IMG/VR virus record: IMGVR_UViG_3300029469_000004
Coordinates: 1 to 30,935 of that record
Source of the DNA: a virus
DNA length: 30,935 nucleotides
Strand: one strand, 5' to 3'
This document shows positions 24,690 to 30,935 of the stretch, piece by piece. Position 1 is the first letter of the stretch. Every line of letters starts with the position of its first letter. Below the pieces are notes generated by a model. That model was not told where the DNA came from. It did not search any database and saw nothing but the letters and a program-made list of their open reading frames with translations. A program made the translations under genes and the position numbers.

Positions 24690-24713
24690 AACTATCAAAG
24701 AGAGGTGAGCGCA

Positions 24714-25142
24714 ATGACTATTGAGCAAAAATTGCAGGATTATATTTTAGATAAATATAAAAGCGTGATGCAATTTGCAAAATTAGTTGATTTGCCTTAT
24801 ACAACCGTTAAAGGTATTTTTAGTAGGGGCATTTGGGGAACATCTATTCAAAATGTCACCAAGATATGTAATTTTTTATCTATTGATATAAACGCTTTGA
24901 TAAATGGCGAAATTAAAGAACAAATACATATAGATAAACTTTCGGATCACGAGAAAAAGGTTATACTTGCATATCGTAATAAAGTTGATATGCAACCTGC
25001 AGTCGATAGATTGCTTGGTGTAGAAGATGAAATATTGATACCAACAATTAAAGCCGCACGAAGTGACGGTAATAATCAACCAATTGAAATAGTTAATCTT
25101 CCTGATCTCAGTAAGTTTGAGCCTGACGATACAGATTTATAA
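24714..25142 (+). CDS. XRE-family (cI/ImmR-like) repressor
   Basis: The HTH is MQFAKLVDLPYTTVKGIFSRG....NVTKICNFLSIDINALINGE. ATG at 24714 is 7 nt after GAGAGGTG. Confidence 0.8.
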   Translation: MTIEQKLQDYILDKYKSVMQFAKLVDLPYTTVKGIFSRGIWGTSIQNVTKICNFLSIDINALINGEIKEQIHIDKLSDHEKKVILAYRNKVDMQPAVDRLLGVEDEILIPTIKAARSDGNNQPIEIVNLPDLSKFEPDDTDL

Positions 25143-25149
25143 GTACAAA

Positions 25150-25186
25150 TAAAAAACACCTCATGGGTTAAACTACCTGTGAGGTG
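25150..25186 (-). terminator. Minus-facing hairpin plus U-tract between repressor and ImmA genes; its plus-strand 3' arm contains the ImmA SD
   Basis: CACCTCA (25157-63) pairs with TGAGGTG (25180-86). A6 precedes it on the plus strand, which is T6 after it on the minus strand. Confidence 0.45.
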
Positions 25187-25193
25187 GTAAAAA

Positions 25194-25757
25194 TTGAATT
25201 ATGAAAAATACAAAAACGCACGCAATGCATCTTGGCAATGTTTGATTGATTATAATATAGATAGCCTACCTGTTAAGGTAAGCCAAATAGCTAAACAAGC
25301 TGATATTACTTTGCTGAAAAATTCAGCGGTCAATCTGCTACACCAAAACGAGAGCGGTACAACTTTAATGCAAAATGATAAACTTTATATCATATATGCA
25401 GATGAGCAATCCCCTCAGCGATGTAGATTTACAATTGCGCATGAACTCGGTCATATATTTTTAGGTCACTTGTTTAAGGAAAACGGCAACGGATTTGCAA
25501 CAATCGACGATGCCGAACATTCAGCAAATGTATTTGCTCGGGATTTACTCGCCCCTGCCTGTGTCCTTCATGAACTGCAAGCGTTAACTTCCGCTGCAAT
25601 TGCAAATTTATGTGACATCAGCCTCGAGGCGGCAACCTACAGGGCTGAACGAATGGCAGAACTCGAACGCAGAAATGTTTTTTATTTGCATCCTCTTGAA
25701 CGGCAAGTAAAGGAGCAATTTGCAGATTTTATCAACAAAAAGAAAAACCTGCCATAG
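25194..25757 (+). CDS. ImmA/IrrE-family zinc metallopeptidase (anti-repressor protease)
   Basis: HEXXH motif IAHELGHIFLGH; directly downstream of the XRE repressor; TTG start after GAGGTGG. Confidence 0.8.
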   Translation: MNYEKYKNARNASWQCLIDYNIDSLPVKVSQIAKQADITLLKNSAVNLLHQNESGTTLMQNDKLYIIYADEQSPQRCRFTIAHELGHIFLGHLFKENGNGFATIDDAEHSANVFARDLLAPACVLHELQALTSAAIANLCDISLEAATYRAERMAELERRNVFYLHPLERQVKEQFADFINKKKNLP

Positions 25758-25872
25758 CGGCAACTATGGCAGGTAAAATAGGAATAGTGAGAAGTCTGAA
25801 CCTCTCTAATATTATTTTAGTATATGATATATATTTTGTCAATATATATATCAAAAAGAGGAGGATTTATAA

Positions 25873-26418
25873 ATGAGATTAAAAAAGTATTTCGCAATCT
25901 TATCAATCGTGGCAATTTGTTCGACCACTCTTGTAGGCTGTTCTTCTGCCACATCTGATGTTTCTGAAACAACTACCGAAACATCAGCACATTCAGATGT
26001 CGAACCGCCAAAGGATTATTACAGCGATATTGACAGTTCTTCTGATGTTTCTGATTATGAAAGTTCCGATGATGTTTCGTCAGACTCTGAACCCGAACCA
26101 AACACAACCGAAATGGTTGATTACATTGCAAGCAAAGCTAAAAAGGATGCAAAAGCAGCTACCGATGAAGATATTCAGGCGGCTGTTGATTGGTTAAAAG
26201 CTAATAAATATAATTATTTTTCAGGCAACGAAAATATGGAAAAGACTATGTATTATGGATACTTGCTTGAAGAAAAATATATGAATACAGAAAACGATTA
26301 CGAAAAAGTAGGCTTCCAAGCATATAAAACAGTTAAGTATGTTTATAGAGGTCTTGAGTCCATTAAAGATGCACATGACAACCTTTTAGAGCTACAAGAA
26401 ATGGTTGATGCATTATAA
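25873..26418 (+). CDS. Secreted lipoprotein, candidate superinfection-exclusion / lysogenic-conversion protein
   Basis: Signal peptide plus lipobox (..STTLVG|CSS). An acidic S/D/E-rich linker is followed by a ~100-aa helical domain. Strong SD AGAGGAGGA. Confidence 0.75.
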   Translation: MRLKKYFAILSIVAICSTTLVGCSSATSDVSETTTETSAHSDVEPPKDYYSDIDSSSDVSDYESSDDVSSDSEPEPNTTEMVDYIASKAKKDAKAATDEDIQAAVDWLKANKYNYFSGNENMEKTMYYGYLLEEKYMNTENDYEKVGFQAYKTVKYVYRGLESIKDAHDNLLELQEMVDAL

Positions 26419-26422
26419 AAAT

Positions 26423-26460
26423 AAAAAAAACGCCCTGACCTGTTGGCGCAGGACAGAGCG
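26423..26460 (-). terminator. Minus-facing intrinsic terminator downstream of the lipoprotein gene
   Basis: The plus strand reads A8 then CGCCCTGACCTG-TTGGCG-CAGGACAGAGCG (12 positions, 2 mismatches). On the minus strand the hairpin is followed by T8. Confidence 0.6.
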
Positions 26461-26515
26461 GAAACCATTACAGCGGGTGCAATGGTACTTATTAGAGCAA
26501 TAATATTGTACCACA

Positions 26516-26552
26516 CCCCTGCGAAAATTACAATATTTTACAGGGGTTTTTT
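26516..26552 (+). terminator. Plus-strand terminator-like hairpin 22 nt upstream of the integrase start
   Basis: CCCCTG ... CAGGGG followed by TTTTTT. Confidence 0.55.
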
Positions 26553-26573
26553 GCGCCCATTTTTAGGAGCAAA

Positions 26574-27812
26574 ATGATGAAAAAATGTATAAACCGACGG
26601 TGTAACCGAGAACTACAGGACGATTTTGTATTCTGTCCGTATTGCGGTAAAAATCAATCATCTGACAAGCCAAAAAACAGACGACGGACAAAAGGCACGG
26701 GCAGTATTTACATACGCAAAGACAGCAAATCAAAACCGTATGCCGCTGCAAGCTCTGTCACAGGGAAACAAGTTTATTTGGGGACTTTTGCCACAAAGCG
26801 AGAGGCAGAAAATGCGCTCAAAGATTATGAGTACAATCCCGTCAACGGCTTTAATATGACACTTGAGCAATTACACGATAAATGGGTAAAAACTAAAGCA
26901 TATAAAAAACTTGGCAACAGCGTGAAAAGCAACTATGCAAGTGCATACATCAAGTTGAAACCTCTGTACAAGCGTAAATTCAGGGACTTGCGCACCTCGG
27001 ATTATCAATTCATCATAGATTATTACGACAACCCACATCACGAGGTCGGCGCAGAAGGCAAATTAAAATATCTCTTACCTAATGGTAAAGGCACTTATAA
27101 AGTCACTGATACGCCTAAAATCTGTCAGGGATTAGGTTACTCAGCTCTACATAAGATTAAATGTTTTGTCACCAGTCTTTACAATTTTGCGATGCAAGAG
27201 GATATTGTAAATAAAGACTACGGAACATTTATAGAGCTTCCGGAATCCGAAGAAGTAAACGCTACACGCTTTACTGATGTACAGCTTGAGCTTATCAGAC
27301 AAAACATAGGCAAAGTGCCTTATGCTGATTATGTTTATATAATGTGCTATCTCAATTTCAGAGTGACCGAGTTTCTTTCGCTCACTACCGAGCAGTACCA
27401 TATGAGTGAACAGGGCATACCTTACTTTATCGCAGGCATAAAGTCAGATGCCGGCAAAAATCGTGTTGTACCTATCCACCCTAAAATTTTAAAATTGGTT
27501 GAGAACTGTATAAATCACAAAGGTGAAACAATCTTCTGTCGAACACACGAAGGTTCAGAGTTTGGCAAAGCGATGAACAAGGATTATTTCTTGAAATATT
27601 GTTTCAGACCGGCGATGCAAGCGCTGGGGTTAGGTGATGAGTTTACTCCGCATTCTTGTCGCAGAACCTTTTCAACTCGTATGTCAGCGGCAGGTGCGAG
27701 GGAAGAGGACATCATTGCTCTCATGGGGCATACAGATTACAAGGTCGATATTGACCACTACATCATTCAAGAGGTTGACACTCTTTACAATGCAATCAAA
27801 TTGCTGGCATAA
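26574..27812 (+). CDS. int: Tyrosine integrase with N-terminal zinc ribbon and AP2-like arm-binding domain
   Basis: CINRRC..CPYCG; GTGSIYIRKDSKSKPYAA..GKQVYLGTFATKREAENAL; C-terminal HSCRRTFSTRM...LMGHTDYKVDIDHY (R..H-R-Y catalytic pattern). Confidence 0.9.
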   Translation: MMKKCINRRCNRELQDDFVFCPYCGKNQSSDKPKNRRRTKGTGSIYIRKDSKSKPYAAASSVTGKQVYLGTFATKREAENALKDYEYNPVNGFNMTLEQLHDKWVKTKAYKKLGNSVKSNYASAYIKLKPLYKRKFRDLRTSDYQFIIDYYDNPHHEVGAEGKLKYLLPNGKGTYKVTDTPKICQGLGYSALHKIKCFVTSLYNFAMQEDIVNKDYGTFIELPESEEVNATRFTDVQLELIRQNIGKVPYADYVYIMCYLNFRVTEFLSLTTEQYHMSEQGIPYFIAGIKSDAGKNRVVPIHPKILKLVENCINHKGETIFCRTHEGSEFGKAMNKDYFLKYCFRPAMQALGLGDEFTPHSCRRTFSTRMSAAGAREEDIIALMGHTDYKVDIDHYIIQEVDTLYNAIKLLA

Positions 27813-27817
27813 AATAA

Positions 27818-27846
27818 GCCGTCCGATTACATTTCGGGCGGTTTTT
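27818..27846 (+). terminator. Integrase terminator
   Basis: GCCGTCCGA-TTACATT-TCGGGCGG(T) followed by TTTTT. Confidence 0.7.
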
Positions 27847-27856
27847 ATTGTAAAAA

Positions 27857-27876
27857 ATCTGTAGTTTATCTGTAGT
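27857..27876 (+). repeat. Arm-type repeat pair ATCTGTAGT x2 (11-bp phasing), P arm
   Basis: ATCTGTAGT at 27857-65 and 27868-76. Confidence 0.7.
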
Positions 27877-27991
27877 ATAACACATCAAAAGGTATAAAAA
27901 GAGGTAAATATTTTTAAAACTCAAAAATGCTGTAAACAAAGCAAAAAGCCAGTAAACAAGCCGTTTTTGGCTCAATTACTGACTTTTCTCT

Positions 27992-28042
27992 TGGCTCCCC
28001 CAACTGGGCTCGAACCAGTGACATCATGATTAACAGTCATGC
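27992..28042 (-). other. attP core: 3' ~51 nt of a tRNA-Asn(GUU) gene (anticodon arm to CCA), not a complete tRNA
   Basis: The minus strand reads G CATGA CTGTTAA TCATG ATGTC ACTGG TTCGAGC CCAGT TGGGGGA G CCA. No D-arm or 5' acceptor strand lies upstream. Confidence 0.8.
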
Positions 28043-28096
28043 AGTTTATTTTGAAAAAGTCAGTGTTTATCGGCACTTTCGGACTTTTTAAACCGT

Positions 28097-28116
28097 ATCT
28101 GTAGTAAATCTGTAGT
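28097..28116 (+). repeat. Arm-type repeat pair ATCTGTAGT x2 (11-bp phasing), P' arm
   Basis: ATCTGTAGT at 28097-105 and 28108-116, in the same orientation as the P-arm copies. Confidence 0.7.
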
Positions 28117-28184
28117 AATTCTCGCAATCAAAAAAATATTTACTTTTTTAAAAAATATTTCAGAAAATAATAACAAATAACAAA

Positions 28185-28220
28185 TTCCCCTCACTCGCTT
28201 TTTACGGCGGATGAGGGGAA
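28185..28220 (-). terminator. Terminator of the late/lysis operon
   Basis: TTCCCCTCA ... TGAGGGGAA is a 9-bp stem. The minus strand continues TTTGTTATTTGTTATTATTTT. Confidence 0.75.
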
Positions 28221-28250
28221 TATTTTTGCAATTATGTGTTATATTTTACC

Positions 28251-29069
28251 TTAAGCTTTATTTAATTTTGCTGTGTAGTCAAGGGCAATCCAGCCAGCGC
28301 CGCTTTTGAGCTTGCCCCACTTTTTTGCGCCTGTGCCCGACTTTTCATCGACTATCGTGTACGCTCCGCCCTTTGGAACAGCACCGTTCACATAGTAATT
28401 TGTACCCGGACCTTTACGGATATTCACGCCGTCATTTGCGGTAATCCTGACAATGTACGGTTTAAACGCTTTTGATGTGCTCGGCTTTGATGTTGTCGGT
28501 TTTGCAGTCTGTGCAGGCTTTGTTGTGCCTGATGAGCTTGCCGACTTATACTTATAGCCGAAGTAGTTACACATACCCTTGCAGATTGCCTCGGCGATTG
28601 CGTTTGTGTTATTGCGAATCCAGTTCGAGCCTGTCACGGTGTCGTGAAATTCACACTCAACATACACGGTTAATGCTTTCGGTACATTGATTTCGTAAAG
28701 GTCGGTTTTGTAGCTGACTGAATCGTCCTTGCCGGGCGAGATTGCTCCGAGGGCAGACTTTACCGCCTCGGCAGCCTTTCTGCCGTTTGAGTTCAGGCAG
28801 AAAACTCTTGTACCGCCTGTGTATTTGCCGTTAAAAGCGTTGGTGTGGATTGGCATATGAATGTCCGCACCGAACCTGTCAGATTCGGGACATCTTGTCT
28901 GCATAAGCGTTCCCGACTTTGCAACCATTACTTCAAAGCCACAGCGTTTGAGTGCCTTTGCGGTTGCGGCGGCGATTTTGTCACACTGAGCCATTTCGTT
29001 TGTACCGCCCGTTGCATAGGTGTTGCCGTTCTGATTTGACGGACTGAGATAGATTTTCTTTGCTGACAT
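28251..29069 (-). CDS. Endolysin: N-acetylmuramoyl-L-alanine amidase (Amidase_3-type) with C-terminal SH3-like wall-binding domain
   Basis: KIYLSPSNQ...IHMPIHTNAF..GTRVF; T/S/P/K linker; YIVRITANDGVNIRKGPGTNY...WGKLKSGAGWIALDY. Confidence 0.9.
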   Translation of the reverse strand: MSAKKIYLSPSNQNGNTYATGGTNEMAQCDKIAAATAKALKRCGFEVMVAKSGTLMQTRCPESDRFGADIHMPIHTNAFNGKYTGGTRVFCLNSNGRKAAEAVKSALGAISPGKDDSVSYKTDLYEINVPKALTVYVECEFHDTVTGSNWIRNNTNAIAEAICKGMCNYFGYKYKSASSSGTTKPAQTAKPTTSKPSTSKAFKPYIVRITANDGVNIRKGPGTNYYVNGAVPKGGAYTIVDEKSGTGAKKWGKLKSGAGWIALDYTAKLNKA

Positions 29070-29071
29070 AA

Positions 29072-29284
29072 TTATTCCTCGCTTTCGTTTTTGTTGTACT
29101 TATACGCTGATAAGCCGAGCAATGCACCAAGGCAGGTGTCAATGGCTGTAATAGTGCCGACAACCTGCTCACCGTACGGCAAGCCCCAAATACCTGCTAC
29201 GGCGAAATAAAGCGTGCCGATTGCAGGCAGTACGATGAGTGCGATGTATTTAAGTACATCATAGATTTTGTTTGTCATTTTCAT
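29072..29284 (-). CDS. Holin (Dp-1-type family)
   Basis: KIYDVLKYIALIVLPAIGTLYFAVAGIWGLPYGEQVVGTITAIDTCLGALLG. I prefer the ATG at 29284, 8 nt after AAAGGA. Confidence 0.8.
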   Translation of the reverse strand: MKMTNKIYDVLKYIALIVLPAIGTLYFAVAGIWGLPYGEQVVGTITAIDTCLGALLGLSAYKYNKNESEE

Positions 29285-29300
29285 TGTTATCATCCTTTCG

Positions 29301-29576
29301 TTAATTTAAATCATCGGCAGAGTGTGCCGACTGATTGAGGTACTTATCAATCTTATTAATAGCCTCGGTCACTCGACCGTTGCAACCCTGCTGTTTTAAG
29401 CCGTCAAGACAAGCACGCAGAGCGTACATAGTCAAGGTCTGTTCGTTTTTGATTTTCTTGATTTCGGTGTTCTGCTTTTTGTTATTTTCGATAAACTTAA
29501 AAATGCCGAAAATCAGACCGCTGATAACGGTTAATGCCGATATGATTTCAGCAAGCAATAAAATGTCAATCTGCAT
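29301..29576 (-). CDS. Lysis-cassette membrane protein (one N-terminal TM helix, helical C-terminus)
   Basis: ILLLAEIISALTVISGLIFGIF is a TM helix. The ATG at 29576 overlaps the upstream stop (the track uses GTG at 29591). Confidence 0.6.
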   Translation of the reverse strand: MQIDILLLAEIISALTVISGLIFGIFKFIENNKKQNTEIKKIKNEQTLTMYALRACLDGLKQQGCNGRVTEAINKIDKYLNQSAHSADDLN

Positions 29577-29829
29577 TGTTTTCGCTCTCACTTTCTTTCG
29601 GTCCGTCAGCTGTCAGAGCGTCGCCCCATACAGCCATTACGGCATTGTAATATTCATCAGACAAGACTTTTCTTATCTGTTCTCTGCCTGATTCGTCATT
29701 CATGTAGGCATTGCGGATGTTTCCGCCGACCTGCATTTCTTCACCGTTAAAGGTCAAAAACTGCTGTCTGAGTACCGACACGCTGTCCTTTGTGAGCATA
29801 TCGAGTGTGATTTTTTCTTTAAGTTCCAT
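29566..29829 (-). CDS. Hypothetical protein between fibre and lysis genes
   Basis: 87-aa ORF, acidic C-terminus. Confidence 0.65.
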   Translation of the reverse strand: MELKEKITLDMLTKDSVSVLRQQFLTFNGEEMQVGGNIRNAYMNDESGREQIRKVLSDEYYNAVMAVWGDALTADGPKESESENNAD

Positions 29830-29843
29830 AATTTTTACCTCCG

Positions 29844-30935
29844 TTATTTAATTTTGTACGAACAAATCACATTAATTTGCTCGCCGTCTGCGAATGTATA
29901 TGCGGTCTTATCCTGAGTCGAAAACTGTAGCCAAGTGTTATTTTTCGGAATGGCAAATTTAAAGAGCTTGCCAAGGTTTGAAATACCGACACAAAAAACA
30001 TTGTCCTCGGAAATACATTTGTACGGCAAATCAATCATTGGACACGTGCTATTGCCGCCAAGAGATACTGCGTTCATTTTGACCGTTGCACTGACAATTA
30101 CAACATCACCAATCGTCTTATATGCACAGCTTGCACTTTTGATTTTATCGGCAACGGTTGAATATGGCGTAAGCGTTGATGTACCGCTTTCTATGTTTGA
30201 ACTGTCATATTTACCGTCAAGTGAGGCTTGGGTTGTCTTTTCAAATGCCAAAATTTCGTCTGCAACCTCTGGGACGCCCTCTGCAACTTCATTCGGTAAG
30301 TAGATTGATTCTTTTTCAGTAATCATAATTTTAGAAACTTTGAAAGTAGCACCACTACTATAAATACCAAACCTAAGCGTTATAAACGACGTATTATCTC
30401 TTGTGACAAATGTCCCTTTACCATTATTTATTTTTACAGCAGTTCCATCGGTAGCGATTCCATTAAGAAAAATTATAGTATTGCAACTATTTTTGGTTGC
30501 AATATAATATACCCAATATTTAGTATTCGGTTTTACACTTATTTTCATTGTTTTAGCGTAAGGTAACATCCAACTATTCGTATAAGTGTCTTTTTCTGTA
30601 GAGGTAATGGTAATTGATTTTTCATCAAAATTCAATTCATCAAGTGTACCGTGATAAACTGGTGAACTTAATTTTTGCAATTCCTTCGCCCAAGCATCGA
30701 AATCAAAAATATTCGAGCTGTTAACAAGGTCAGCTTTGTTGCCGAGCAGATTATCAGTTTCTGTTTTAGAATAGACAGAATTTGCATTGGCTTTGTCACC
30801 AAGAAGCTCGTTCGTCTCTTCTGATGAGTAGAGTTCATTTGCCTTGTAATAATAAGCGTCAAGATATTTGATACTCGGATAATTAGTACTGCTGTCTGTG
30901 ATGTCCGTTTTGGAACTCACTTTGTTTGAATCATC
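29844..30935 (-). CDS. Tail fibre / receptor-binding protein, C-terminal part. Joined gene = 711 nt + 29844..30836 = 1704 nt, 567 aa.
   Basis: The frame of ORF 29844..30920 is open to 30935 and is in phase with the ORF at 1..711 across the repeat (30920-30836 = 84 nt). It carries fibre-type repeats (EETNELLGDKANANSVYSK / TETDNLLGNKADLVNSS) followed by beta-rich C-terminal domains. Confidence 0.85.
   Translation of the reverse strand, partial: DDSNKVSSKTDITDSSTNYPSIKYLDAYYYKANELYSSEETNELLGDKANANSVYSKTETDNLLGNKADLVNSSNIFDFDAWAKELQKLSSPVYHGTLDELNFDEKSITITSTEKDTYTNSWMLPYAKTMKISVKPNTKYWVYYIATKNSCNTIIFLNGIATDGTAVKINNGKGTFVTRDNTSFITLRFGIYSSGATFKVSKIMITEKESIYLPNEVAEGVPEVADEILAFEKTTQASLDGKYDSSNIESGTSTLTPYSTVADKIKSASCAYKTIGDVVIVSATVKMNAVSLGGNSTCPMIDLPYKCISEDNVFCVGISNLGKLFKFAIPKNNTWLQFSTQDKTAYTFADGEQINVICSYKIK
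30837..30935. repeat. 99-bp terminal direct repeat, copy 2
   Basis: Identical to 1-99. Confidence 0.95.

Noticed and set aside
26563-26751. A 62-aa minus-strand ORF overlapping the integrase start
   Set aside because: It is a Cys/Leu-rich antisense frame of the int N-terminus, with no SD.
27992-28042. A phage-encoded tRNA-Asn gene
   Set aside because: Only the anticodon arm through CCA is present. The sequence upstream on the minus strand (..TTTTCAAAATAAACTG) has no D-arm or 5' acceptor strand. It is better explained as the attP core.
30837-30935. The terminal repeat as genuine physical direct terminal repeats of the virion DNA
   Set aside because: It lies in the middle of a continuous fibre ORF. 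Its length equals a common assembler k-mer. The packaging module (HNH plus terminase with a GC-rich gap) points to cos ends elsewhere.
1-30935. A CRISPR array, DGR (reverse transcriptase with template/variable repeats), retron, toxin-antitoxin pair or known multi-gene defence system
   Set aside because: No repeat-spacer array is present. No ORF carries reverse-transcriptase (YxDD), Cas, or recognisable toxin motifs. The only long repeats are the 99-bp contig overlap and the 24-bp duplication.

Overview
The window is a complete, circularly closed genome of a temperate siphovirus. Bases 1-99 are identical to 30837-30935, so the unique length is 30,836 bp. The gene content points to an AT-rich Gram-positive (Bacillota/Clostridia-type) host. 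Almost everything is on the minus strand. Reading from high to low coordinates: a Cro-like switch gene and about 20 small early genes (24545 to 16360), including YopX, an Xis-like HTH protein, a ParB-like protein, VRR-NUC and HNH. Next come an HUH Rep-like gene, an ArpU-like late regulator, HNH, and a putative cos region. These are followed by TerS/TerL, portal, ClpP-like protease, HK97-type capsid, connectors, major tail protein, G/GT chaperones with a -1 frameshift, tape measure, Dit, Tal, and a BppU-type fibre that is split by the contig junction. The lysis cassette (holin, amidase-SH3 endolysin) closes the late operon. The plus strand carries the lysogeny module: a cI-like XRE repressor, an ImmA-like protease, a lipoprotein, and a tyrosine integrase followed by an attP made of a tRNA-Asn 3' fragment. 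It also carries one convergent DUF2513-like gene inside the early region. All family names come from motifs I recognise in the supplied translations; no searches were run. The most unusual signals are non-coding. (1) Four hairpins at 19741-19955 have an invariant TCTGCAC loop and unrelated but complementary stems, in alternating orientation. (2) A pC194/microvirus-like HUH Rep-like protein is the only recognisable replication initiator, and it lies downstream of a 343-bp structured gap. (3) There are plus-strand promoter/terminator pairs inside the all-minus early region, which could be antisense sRNA candidates. I see no CRISPR array, reverse transcriptase/DGR, retron or obvious known defence operon.
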